DNA of 64,000 nucleotides from a virus, in the IMG/VR virus record IMGVR_UViG_3300025057_000004, positions 24,920-88,919 of that record. One strand, written 5' to 3'. Every line of letters begins with the position of its first letter. Within the stretch, counting starts at the first letter, position 1. The notes beneath the pieces are model-generated. The model made no database searches. It was not told where the DNA came from and was given only the letters and a program-made list of their open reading frames with translations. Both the position numbers and the translations under genes were made by a program. Below are positions 1 through 8,789 of this stretch, piece by piece.

Positions 1-1
1 G

Positions 2-439
2 ACGATCATATTCAATAATGATCTGTCCACACTTGAGAAGGTTACTGCAAATGTGGTGCGTTCTGCAAAGAAAGGTGAGACAAAGAAACAGCGTGATGAG
101 TTGAACTTTGACCTCCGCAATAGATTTGACAAAGGTAATATACGTACCATCGGTTCGTTCAAGATGCTCAAGCAGGGTGCAAACCTCAAAGGAGCAGACA
201 ACGTGATAATGATGTCATACTATAGTAGTTCCATAGATATGATACAGCGTATAGGCAGATTGCGTAAGAACGGAAACAAGAAAGGAAGCGTGTTCATCTT
301 TGTTACAGTCGGTACACAAGAGGAGAAGTGGTTCAAAAAGATGACAGAGACAATTCCTATGGAAGAGTTCAATGTCATTACTCATTTGGACATTGATCAA
401 TTTGTAAAGACCTATGGTAACACTACAGATGATAAGTGA
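2..439 (+). CDS. Superfamily 2 helicase, C-terminal part (5'-truncated by window)
   Basis: Frame is open from position 2. It contains SF2 motif V-like (MLKQGANL) and motif VI (MIQRIGRLR). Confidence 0.8.
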   Translation, partial: TIIFNNDLSTLEKVTANVVRSAKKGETKKQRDELNFDLRNRFDKGNIRTIGSFKMLKQGANLKGADNVIMMSYYSSSIDMIQRIGRLRKNGNKKGSVFIFVTVGTQEEKWFKKMTETIPMEEFNVITHLDIDQFVKTYGNTTDDK

Positions 440-623
440 TGTTCTCTGGTCAGATATGCTTGATGCTGATGACTATGAGGGTATTGCAAACTCTATTAAC
501 ATGAGAGAGGGTGTCGGTACCACGTGTGCCGAACATATAAGGGAGTTGATGCAAGATGAAATTGTTGATGTTCCTGATATTGATATGATAACACAGATGA
601 ATAATCTAAAAATTGTTTACTAA
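414..623 (+). CDS. Small acidic hypothetical protein
   Basis: 69-aa ATG ORF filling the space between the helicase and the next gene. Confidence 0.6.
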   Translation: MVTLQMISDVLWSDMLDADDYEGIANSINMREGVGTTCAEHIRELMQDEIVDVPDIDMITQMNNLKIVY

Positions 624-636
624 TGAAGAAATACTA

Positions 637-1197
637 ATGGATATAATAGGTGTAAATGTGAAGTTGATGGAAGCGAGAGGAATGACACCTAATGAGGTCT
701 TTTTTCTTAAAGGTTTGTGTGAGAATATTGAATTTACAGTTGGAAATATCTGTAATATTAACTATCTTCACAGTCTTGGTTACGTTGGTGATGACGGTGC
801 TATAACCGATAAAGGTAGAACTATTGTAAAGGCTCTATTCAGAGAGAAGAGGAACTTTGTTCCACCTACTACTGATGAGATAAAAGAGCTTGCTGATAAG
901 TTCAGAGAGTTCTTTCCAAAAGGTGTAAAGACCAACAATCATCCCGTAAGAGGCAATATGACCAATATCATACGTAAGTTCAGGAAGTTCAAAACTGAGT
1001 TTCCGCAGTATGATAACGACACGATACTTAAAGCAACCGAAAAGTATGTCAAAGCAAAGGCGAAGGAGAACTATGCGTTTATGAAAGTAAGCGAATATCT
1101 CATTTACAAAGATGGTACATCCATGCTTGCTTCTCTTTGTGATGCTATACTTGAAGATGAACCTGAAAAGGATGTCAAGTGGGGACGGCATATTTGA
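637..1197 (+). CDS. Hypothetical replication-associated protein (possible helicase loader/initiator)
   Basis: ATG at 637 preferred over TTG at 613. The N-terminus is winged-helix-like (LHSLGYV..GAITDKG). It overlaps the DnaB-like helicase. Function inferred from position only. Confidence 0.5.
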   Translation: MDIIGVNVKLMEARGMTPNEVFFLKGLCENIEFTVGNICNINYLHSLGYVGDDGAITDKGRTIVKALFREKRNFVPPTTDEIKELADKFREFFPKGVKTNNHPVRGNMTNIIRKFRKFKTEFPQYDNDTILKATEKYVKAKAKENYAFMKVSEYLIYKDGTSMLASLCDAILEDEPEKDVKWGRHI

Positions 1198-2284
1198 TGC
1201 AGCTCTGTCTCAGATAAAACAGAGACAGGAAAGAGCTGCTTTAGGACATGTGAACTGCATTCCTTTTCCTTTTGAACGAACATCAAGGTTCTTTCCTGGT
1301 ATAGAACGAGGTACATACGATATATGTACAGCAAACTCAGGCGTTGGTAAGTCCAAGCTTGCACGTTTTCTGTATGTTATCGTCCCTTACACGTTCATCA
1401 AGGAGAACCCTGAGACGGATATCAGATTGAAGATATTCTATTTTAGTTTAGAAGAGAGTAAGGAAAAGTTCATGATGTCCATCATATCATATTGGCTGTT
1501 CGTCAAACACAATATGCGTGTGTCCATCAAGGAGTTACGTTCTGTCGGTAAGGTAGGCTACTATCTGCCTGACAGTGTGATTCAAAAGATCGAAGAAGCA
1601 AAGGATTACTTTGCTGATCTTGAGAAATACGTGACCATTGTGGATGACATACATAATCCTACAGGTATCTTCAAGACGATGAAGACATACAATGAGCAGA
1701 GGGGTAGTTGGACAAAACGAAAGATAACCATTGACGGTATTGAGAAAGAGGTCAATGATTCGTATACTCCAAACGATCCTAATGAGTATGTCATCTGTAT
1801 CACAGATCATATCGGTCTGTTGAGAACAGAGAGAGGTCTTACAAAACACGAGACGATAAGCAAATTCTCATCTCAGCACTGCATTGAACTGCGTAACAAG
1901 TATGCTAACATAGTTGTGAACGTTCAACAGCAGAGTTCAGATAAAGAGAAGAAGCAGTACACTTTCAAGGGTCAATCAATTGATGAGAAACTTGAGCCAT
2001 CATTGGACGGTCTTGCAAACAACAAAGAGACACAGCGTGATGCTGATAATGTCTTCGGTCTGTTTGCTCCTGATCGTTATCAGATGGAAGAGTGTGACAA
2101 CTATCGTGTTGATGTATTGCAAGATCACTTCAGAGTATTATTGATACTTAAGAGTCGTGACGGTGAGTCAAACATCAGAACTCCGCTTTTCTTTGACGGT
2201 GCCTGTAGTTACTTCAAAGAGATGCCGAGATCAGAAGACAGTACAGAGGTAGAAAAGGTCTACCAGTACGTACAGAACCTTTAA
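1172..2284 (+). CDS. dnaB: DnaB-like (SF4) replicative helicase
   Basis: Walker A ANSGVGKS, motif H1a FYFSLEE, Walker B ICITDHI, H3 VQQQ, H4 QRDADNV, and C-terminal LKSRDG. Start moved to MSSGDG at 1172. Confidence 0.85.
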   Translation: MSSGDGIFDAALSQIKQRQERAALGHVNCIPFPFERTSRFFPGIERGTYDICTANSGVGKSKLARFLYVIVPYTFIKENPETDIRLKIFYFSLEESKEKFMMSIISYWLFVKHNMRVSIKELRSVGKVGYYLPDSVIQKIEEAKDYFADLEKYVTIVDDIHNPTGIFKTMKTYNEQRGSWTKRKITIDGIEKEVNDSYTPNDPNEYVICITDHIGLLRTERGLTKHETISKFSSQHCIELRNKYANIVVNVQQQSSDKEKKQYTFKGQSIDEKLEPSLDGLANNKETQRDADNVFGLFAPDRYQMEECDNYRVDVLQDHFRVLLILKSRDGESNIRTPLFFDGACSYFKEMPRSEDSTEVEKVYQYVQNL

Positions 2285-2295
2285 TTTTAAGAAGA

Positions 2296-3009
2296 ATGAG
2301 CGCAATTGGCGTGTTGGTCGTAGGACCATCAGGTGCAGGTAAAAGCACCTCAATGATGAATCTTGATCCTAAGAGTACATACATTGTGAATGTACAAGGA
2401 AAGGCATTGCCGTTTCCTAAAGGTAGAGATTACAAACGTGTTCCGAAAGGAGGAAGACCTGATTCAGGTAATATGTACAGCACAGATGATGTACCTACAA
2501 TTTTGCAGGTGCTTCAGTATGTGAGTGACAAGATGCCTGATATGAAAACAGTAGTGATAGACGATTGGCAGTATTGTGCTGCTAACGAGTTTATGCGTAA
2601 AGCAGAGGTGAAAGGTTTTGAGAAGTTTACACAGATAGGTAAACATATCTGGGAGCTTGCTAATGCACCTACTAACTTACGTGATGACCTTACAGTTATC
2701 TATCTTACTCACGAAGAGGAACTTACGGACTCCACAGGTGCTCGTAAGAAGAAAGCGAAGACCATTGGTAAGCTTGTAGATGATAAGATCACACTTGAAG
2801 GTATGTTCACCATTGTATTGTATGCAGATGTTGAGACAAAAGAAGAGGGTGGTAGCAAGAAACTATGGAATCACTTCGTAACTCAGAATGTGGGTGATAC
2901 TACTGCAAAGTCCCCAATGGGAATGTTCAGTGAACTCAAGATCGATAACGATCTTAAGACAGTCGTTGATACTATCAACGAATACTATGGGAGAGGATCC
3001 CAAAATTGA
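2296..3009 (+). CDS. AAA/P-loop ATPase (Sak4/AAA_24-like recombination protein)
   Basis: Walker A GPSGAGKST, Walker B VVIDD, C-terminal AKSPMGMF; located in the replication module. Confidence 0.8.
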   Translation: MSAIGVLVVGPSGAGKSTSMMNLDPKSTYIVNVQGKALPFPKGRDYKRVPKGGRPDSGNMYSTDDVPTILQVLQYVSDKMPDMKTVVIDDWQYCAANEFMRKAEVKGFEKFTQIGKHIWELANAPTNLRDDLTVIYLTHEEELTDSTGARKKKAKTIGKLVDDKITLEGMFTIVLYADVETKEEGGSKKLWNHFVTQNVGDTTAKSPMGMFSELKIDNDLKTVVDTINEYYGRGSQN

Positions 3010-3040
3010 TCAATTTTAATCTTTAATTATTAACTAAGAA

Positions 3041-3388
3041 ATGGAAAACTCCAATTCTAAAAAACAGATCTCTATCAGCGAGATCATCACCCTTATGGGA
3101 GCAGGATACACACGAACTAATACAGCTCGTAATTACAATCCAGAGATCGGATGTATTCAAGATTACTATGACCTACCGAAAGATCAGGTAAGACTTTTGT
3201 TCGAGCATCCAAAATTGGCGAATGTTAAGACGACAAAGGTTGTTGTTCCTATGTTCGATCTTGTAGATGACACTACTACTACAAGTAGTGAAGATGAGAA
3301 TGCCTCTGCTATTCCAGGTGTAACAGCTAATGAAGAGCCTGTAACAGAGACGTTTACTAACACTAACACTTATAATACTTTTAACTAA
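3041..3388 (+). CDS. Hypothetical protein
   Basis: 115-aa ORF after an AT-rich leader, coupled to the next gene by TAATG. Confidence 0.7.
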   Translation: MENSNSKKQISISEIITLMGAGYTRTNTARNYNPEIGCIQDYYDLPKDQVRLLFEHPKLANVKTTKVVVPMFDLVDDTTTTSSEDENASAIPGVTANEEPVTETFTNTNTYNTFN

Positions 3389-4182
3389 TGGCGATCGGAG
3401 TAAGAGACAGTGCAGAAAAGGTAACAGGAGGAGTAAAATTGATGACAGGTGCAAACTTCGTATATGTCAAAGCAATTGCTCCATCTGTTGAGGAGATGAA
3501 GAATGTTCTCGGATTCGAAGAACCAAAGGCACCAACACCATCAGTTGATACAGACGCAGAGGGTAACACCCGTGTACGTATTGATATGTGGTTGAGTAGA
3601 CCAGAAGATGACTTCCTATATCGTGAGTCTTTCTTCATTACAAAGAAGGATGTAGTATCTCAGAGTGGTAAAGTTCAGTTCGTGAACAACTTTGCTCAGT
3701 TCTGTTATGCAGATCCTGAAGAAGGACCTCAGTATGAGTGGTTCAACAAGGAAGGTCTGAGAAGAGCTTTCAATGGCGAAGAGCAGTTTATGAACTTCAT
3801 CCGTGTATGGGTAAACCATAAGGGTGGTAAGAAAGGTGAGCAATTGTTCTTTGATAATTGGGATGCTATCTTCGCAGGTAACTTCGGAGAGATCAAAGGT
3901 ATTCTACAGATGACCAATGATGGTGAACCTAATCGTGTAGGCATGCTATTCGGTGTGAAGACAACTGACGATGGTAAGCAGTATCAGACATCATACAGAA
4001 AACTGTATGTACGTCCTTATCAGAATGCTGCTACTGAGTTTCAAAAGTCTTTGAACGATGAGTATGGTGCATTCAATCACGATTATCAAGGAAGCCTTGT
4101 GTGGCAGGACTACAATCCTACCGCAGTAAAAGACCCTGTGGGTTCTGAAGCACCAGGTGCATCAGATTCTCCTTGGGGATGA
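3388..4182 (+). CDS. Putative single-stranded DNA-binding protein
   Basis: Aromatic-rich beta-type protein with a flexible tail ending DSPWG. Lies between the Sak4-like ATPase and the primase. Confidence 0.5.
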   Translation: MAIGVRDSAEKVTGGVKLMTGANFVYVKAIAPSVEEMKNVLGFEEPKAPTPSVDTDAEGNTRVRIDMWLSRPEDDFLYRESFFITKKDVVSQSGKVQFVNNFAQFCYADPEEGPQYEWFNKEGLRRAFNGEEQFMNFIRVWVNHKGGKKGEQLFFDNWDAIFAGNFGEIKGILQMTNDGEPNRVGMLFGVKTTDDGKQYQTSYRKLYVRPYQNAATEFQKSLNDEYGAFNHDYQGSLVWQDYNPTAVKDPVGSEAPGASDSPWG

Positions 4183-4211
4183 TAAACAGTTAATATTCAT
4201 TATGCTATACT

Positions 4212-5150
4212 ATGCCTGTAAACGTAAGAAAAGAATTGAGTATCGAAAAGATACTCAGCAAAACATCACAGCTTGACATATATAGAAAGTACATCGGAGA
4301 TGTTTCTCCAAAGAAGATGATATCGTCACCTCTACGTGAGGGCGACAGTACACCTTCATTCAGACTTTACTATGGTAACAACGGTGATCTGCGATTCGTT
4401 GATTACGGTACAGGTATAAGAGGAGGAGTATTTGATCTCGTATCAATGCTTTATCCTTATCTCACTTTCGGGGAGTTGCTTGAAAAAGTATGGGAGGATC
4501 TGCAATGCAGGTCTCTCCCGCAACTTCCGATAGTATCAAACAAGAGGATAAAACCTAAAAGCTTTCCAACGATACTCATAAAGAAACGTCAGCCCACAGA
4601 GGATGATGTACAGATGTGGAAACAATGGGGAATCTCTACTGATACACTCAATCACTTCAGAGTAAGTCCGATATCTAAGTTCTGGATAGACAGGTCTTTG
4701 TTTAAATGCAAGACCCTCTCTTATGCTTATGATCTGTTCACAGAGTTTAAGATATACAGACCTCTTGAAGAAAGAATGAGATTCATATCAGGTGGTATGG
4801 AACTGCAAGGTTACAGATTGCTACCTCATAAAGGTGAGATATGTGTGATACAGAAGTCTTACAAAGATGTAATGCTGATGCATGAAATGGGAATACCTTC
4901 ATTTGCACCACAGGCAGAATCTATTGATGTGCCAGAGGATAAGATGGAGAGTATCATGTCACGTTTTGACCGTGTATTCATTTGGGGTGATCCAGACACA
5001 GCAGGTAATCTGTTCGCAGATAGACATGTTGAGAAGTATGGTGTAACCCCTGTATTCAATGATGACGGTACAAAAGACATTACTGATTCTTATGCAATGC
5101 ACGGTAAGTATCACGCTTATGGTATGATGGAAAAGCTGTTGGGTATCTGA
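4212..5150 (+). CDS. DNA primase (DnaG-type, TOPRIM)
   Basis: N-terminal SPLREGDSTPSF...DYGTG zinc-binding-domain-like region; TOPRIM DxD motif (WGDPDTAG) and KDITD. Confidence 0.8.
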   Translation: MPVNVRKELSIEKILSKTSQLDIYRKYIGDVSPKKMISSPLREGDSTPSFRLYYGNNGDLRFVDYGTGIRGGVFDLVSMLYPYLTFGELLEKVWEDLQCRSLPQLPIVSNKRIKPKSFPTILIKKRQPTEDDVQMWKQWGISTDTLNHFRVSPISKFWIDRSLFKCKTLSYAYDLFTEFKIYRPLEERMRFISGGMELQGYRLLPHKGEICVIQKSYKDVMLMHEMGIPSFAPQAESIDVPEDKMESIMSRFDRVFIWGDPDTAGNLFADRHVEKYGVTPVFNDDGTKDITDSYAMHGKYHAYGMMEKLLGI

Positions 5151-5170
5151 TGGCAAAGTGAAGTTGAAAA

Positions 5171-5518
5171 ATGGCAAACCGCAATAGAAATGCAGGTCAT
5201 TCGTGGGAGAGAGAGTGCGTAAAGCTGTTATCAGAGTTTTTTCCAGACGTTGTGACATCACGTTCGGAGTCAAGAAGAAGAGACGACCAGAAGGTTGACC
5301 TCTGCTACACTGACTACCTGAATGTACAGTGCAAAACACTGAAAGACCGTGTAGATTATATATCTGTACTTAAGACTATGCCTGTAGAGGAAGGTCAACT
5401 CAATGTGATATTTGAGAAGAAGACCACTAAAAGTCCTAAAGGAAGATTTGTAACACAGGGCAAATATGTACATATGACGCTGGATGATTTTATTAACTTA
5501 ATCCGTAAGACATGTTAA
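5171..5518 (+). CDS. Holliday-junction resolvase-like PD-(D/E)XK nuclease
   Basis: N-terminal RNAGHSWERE followed by VDL...NVQCK, matching the Hjc-like catalytic pattern. Confidence 0.7.
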   Translation: MANRNRNAGHSWERECVKLLSEFFPDVVTSRSESRRRDDQKVDLCYTDYLNVQCKTLKDRVDYISVLKTMPVEEGQLNVIFEKKTTKSPKGRFVTQGKYVHMTLDDFINLIRKTC

Positions 5519-5865
5519 ATCTATCAATATCATTTGCAATACTGCATACGTTTGTAACGGCAACATGCTATCAAGCAGTTCCTGAACAATGTGATGCAGA
5601 TCCGTATGTTACAGCATTCAACTACCGTATTGATCCTAAAGATCCATTATCACACAGGTATGTGGCGATAAGCAGAGATCTTGAGGCATTCTATTCACCA
5701 GGTGATTCCATATATATTGTGGGAGTAGGTGAGTATGACGGTATGTGGATGGTTGCTGACAGAATGAATAGAAGATGGTCTAACAGGATTGATCTTCTTG
5801 TAAATAATGATTCCTATGTTGACAGATTTACGGACGTAAGAATCATAGAACATGTTCGGAAATGA
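5512..5865 (+). CDS. 3D-domain (MltA/RlpA-like double-psi barrel) protein with hydrophobic N-terminus
   Basis: VTATCY, TA, YVAISRDL, G-D-x-I, VADRM and RIDL motifs are typical of 3D domains. Confidence 0.7.
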   Translation: MLNLSISFAILHTFVTATCYQAVPEQCDADPYVTAFNYRIDPKDPLSHRYVAISRDLEAFYSPGDSIYIVGVGEYDGMWMVADRMNRRWSNRIDLLVNNDSYVDRFTDVRIIEHVRK

Positions 5866-6124
5866 ACTGTCGGAAACGACAATCTCCAAAACATGTGAAG
5901 TATTGAATCGTGACAGGGAATCCATTGAGAACTGTAATGTTAGCACATTGCGGTTCGAAGTGGAGGAACTGTACGATATCTCACATGACCACGTACTTTC
6001 ATCAGCAATGGCAGGAGATGCTATTGAAGCTGAGATAAAGTACAAAAAGAATGTTGATGAGCTGTATTCACTGCTTATGAACGATATTGAAGCCCACCTT
6101 GATACAGGTGGCATTTTAATCTGA
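5852..6124 (+). CDS. Hypothetical acidic protein
   Basis: 90-aa ORF overlapping the previous gene, immediately upstream of the Ubl gene. Confidence 0.6.
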   Translation: MFGNELSETTISKTCEVLNRDRESIENCNVSTLRFEVEELYDISHDHVLSSAMAGDAIEAEIKYKKNVDELYSLLMNDIEAHLDTGGILI

Positions 6125-6139
6125 CAAAAAACTATAATA

Positions 6140-6574
6140 ATGTCAAGAGCAATCTATATTAAATCAGAAGGTAACGCAAGACCAAAGAAAGTAACTGACT
6201 TCGAAGGAACTACATTCGGTGAGTTGAAAGCTCACGTAACAGATGTAAACTTTGAGAACGCGAATGTGATCATTCACTCTACAAAGACAACATTGTTCGA
6301 TGATACATCATTGATTCCTGCAGAAGGTGATGTCATCTTGCTTGTGGTACCAAAACAAATGAAAGCAGGTAATGATGAACTACAGGTATCTGATACCGAT
6401 GAGTTCAGCGACCTTATGGAGTGCTACAACGAGCTTGTAGATGCCTCATCTCGTTTTAACGAAGCACTTAAGGCAGTAGGAGAACTTATTGTAGAGGATG
6501 AAGAAAATGTTGAAGTTGGTGGTAGCACTCTTGCTGCTATTAACAGAGCATTCAGAAACTTCTCAGGTAAGTAA
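6140..6574 (+). CDS. Ubiquitin-like (beta-grasp) protein precursor with acidic C-terminal extension
   Basis: Residues 1-77 follow the ubiquitin pattern: beta-hairpin, TTFGELK helix start, LFDDTSLIP..GDVILLVV final strand, then PKQMKAG77. Adjacent to JAB and ThiF genes. Confidence 0.7.
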   Translation: MSRAIYIKSEGNARPKKVTDFEGTTFGELKAHVTDVNFENANVIIHSTKTTLFDDTSLIPAEGDVILLVVPKQMKAGNDELQVSDTDEFSDLMECYNELVDASSRFNEALKAVGELIVEDEENVEVGGSTLAAINRAFRNFSGK

Positions 6575-6581
6575 TTGATTA

Positions 6582-6619
6582 GGAGACCCTTCTGAAATAC
6601 GGAGGGTCTCCATTCATTT
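6582..6619 (+). terminator. Stem-loop after the Ubl gene (leaky terminator or mRNA stabiliser)
   Basis: GGAGACCCTTC-tgaaatac-GGAGGGTCTCC, an 11-bp stem with one G.U pair, followed by an imperfect U tract (ATTCATTT). Confidence 0.7.
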
Positions 6620-6631
6620 AAAACGATAAAT

Positions 6632-7714
6632 ATGCGACCACTTGCGTTTAAAATTAAGGGTGATTTCGGCACAGTATATATTACAGAGGGTGGTATCAAA
6701 GATGTTGCTCCTGAAGGTGTATTGTACGTAGCTAATATTCATCCTGATGATGACATCATAGACAGAGATAGTTTTAAATATCATATTATTTTGAAACATC
6801 TTTATGATATATTGGATCATAGATACAAATGTGATGGTGATATAAGTAATATTGATATTGATGTAAGGTATATACATTATTCTGATGCATATAATATCAA
6901 TATAAAAATGTATCATGGTGATATTGAGATCATTAATAGTTTGGGTCATAAAGCTTTGATCAAAGAAGTGTATACTAAAACGTTTATCATAGCAGATGAA
7001 AGAGGTATGAAGTTTCGAGATCTTAATATACTTCGCACTTGTATCAACACCATCGAAGCAGAAAAAAAATTCTGTCATTCTCATGCTCCTGGTTTATCAA
7101 CATTTCGACCTAGTTGGAGTTCTATGTGTTTAGGTGATTCTGAATTGTATAAACATTTCTTTAAAAGAAAGAGAAAGCATACAGATATGAGCCTTTATTC
7201 AGTATATCTTGATACTTATCTTGCTTGGGAGAGTAAAGAAGGTGGACCTTACAGCACTATTGAAAGTGTTTATAATTGTCCTATTAATGATTCAAGTGTT
7301 AATATAAGTATTGACGATGTGAATGTTGATAATCTTATATACAAGTATGCAGATGTGTTTCAAGTAGTTGATTATAACGGTAAACTTACCGTATCATCTG
7401 ACTTTATGAATCATATTGAAATAGAAGGTGTACGTAAGACCAATTCATATGGTAATTACTTTGATTTTGACATTTTTAAAACAACCACTAGTTATACAGG
7501 AGGTAATGATGTTGAATGTTCATCCGCAACATTCAGGGGTGTTCCGTTAAGAATGGCTATAAAGGATATTGACAAAGATGAACTGATGTCATATATGCCT
7601 ACTATTTATAACAGACCGCCAGGAAACCTAATGGATACAATAAAAAATAGAGTTTCTTCAATTATAAATCTTAATTATGAAAAAAGTAACAGAGAAGAAG
7701 TACGAAACGCTTGA
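6632..7714 (+). CDS. Putative E2-like (ubiquitin-conjugating fold) protein
   Basis: FCHSH(149-151)...SMCLG (C166) resembles the HPN/HxH...CL active-site arrangement of E2 enzymes. Lies between the Ubl and JAB genes. Confidence 0.55.
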   Translation: MRPLAFKIKGDFGTVYITEGGIKDVAPEGVLYVANIHPDDDIIDRDSFKYHIILKHLYDILDHRYKCDGDISNIDIDVRYIHYSDAYNINIKMYHGDIEIINSLGHKALIKEVYTKTFIIADERGMKFRDLNILRTCINTIEAEKKFCHSHAPGLSTFRPSWSSMCLGDSELYKHFFKRKRKHTDMSLYSVYLDTYLAWESKEGGPYSTIESVYNCPINDSSVNISIDDVNVDNLIYKYADVFQVVDYNGKLTVSSDFMNHIEIEGVRKTNSYGNYFDFDIFKTTTSYTGGNDVECSSATFRGVPLRMAIKDIDKDELMSYMPTIYNRPPGNLMDTIKNRVSSIINLNYEKSNREEVRNA

Positions 7715-8789
7715 GCTGAAAGAAAAAGGTAAGCTCATTATTACAGAAGATGTAAAGAAAAAGATCGATCAGATGCATGATCGTGTAGGTAATACTGAAT
7801 GGTGTGGTTTTATCTTTTATGAAAAAGTTGAAGGTAGCATCAGTGATCCTGAAACATATGTGGCTAAGACTACAGATGTCTATATGATGGATATCGGCAG
7901 TCATAGTTATACTGAGAGTGATAATCATACTGATGATGTTGTTAGTATGGTAGATCGTATTCCTGCATATATGGAAAACAGATATGGTCTGATACATACG
8001 CATCATAATATGAGTGCTTTCTTTTCAGGTACTGATATTCAAGAGTTGCACGATAACGTTCATCTATATTCTTATTATCTGTCACTGATCGTTAATTTCG
8101 ATGGTAAGTGGTGTGCTAAGATTGCTAAGTTGATAGATGTTGAAAGCAGTTCTTATACCATTACTGAAGAAGATGAGGATGATGTAATTGTAAACATTCC
8201 ATCAAAGAAGGTGATGATCACATTTGATCTTGACATTGAGTTTGAACAGCCTGAAGCTTATGATGATGTAGTTGAATTACGTATTGCTGAGATCAGAGAA
8301 CGTAAGAAGAAGGAAGAAGAAGAGAAGAAGAAAAACAAATCTCTTTTCAACAATCCTTATCAGACAAACATGTTCAAAAACACTGATTACTACAGTCACT
8401 CAAGTCTTAATGCATACAATAATTGGTATGCTCAATATGATGAATTGGTACAGCAACCTAAAACAGGTTTTACAGAAGATGATGAGATAGAGTGGTTCAT
8501 ATCATCTCTTATTTATCTTGATCCTTATGCTGATGAACCATTGCACGATGCATTATCAGATCTTAAGGATCATGAATCAGATCCTTATTTCAATGTGTAT
8601 GTAGATCAATTGAATGACAATGCAGTAAACTATGCTATCGATCATTTTGATATTACTGGGGCATACGAGGGTGTATGCAGTACATTAAAAAAGCTGAAGC
8701 CTTACTCAGGTAAAGGTGTTGAGAAGCTTAGAGAAGCACTTGAGTTAGCTAAACACGAGTTAAATAAGAATAACGAATACTCACTATGA
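7677..8789 (+). CDS. JAB/MPN+ (JAMM) metallo-isopeptidase
   Basis: E41 (TEWCG) plus an exact JAMM motif H107-T-H109-x7-S117-x2-D120 (IHTHHNMSAFFSGTD). Confidence 0.88.
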   Translation: MKKVTEKKYETLELKEKGKLIITEDVKKKIDQMHDRVGNTEWCGFIFYEKVEGSISDPETYVAKTTDVYMMDIGSHSYTESDNHTDDVVSMVDRIPAYMENRYGLIHTHHNMSAFFSGTDIQELHDNVHLYSYYLSLIVNFDGKWCAKIAKLIDVESSSYTITEEDEDDVIVNIPSKKVMITFDLDIEFEQPEAYDDVVELRIAEIRERKKKEEEEKKKNKSLFNNPYQTNMFKNTDYYSHSSLNAYNNWYAQYDELVQQPKTGFTEDDEIEWFISSLIYLDPYADEPLHDALSDLKDHESDPYFNVYVDQLNDNAVNYAIDHFDITGAYEGVCSTLKKLKPYSGKGVEKLREALELAKHELNKNNEYSL

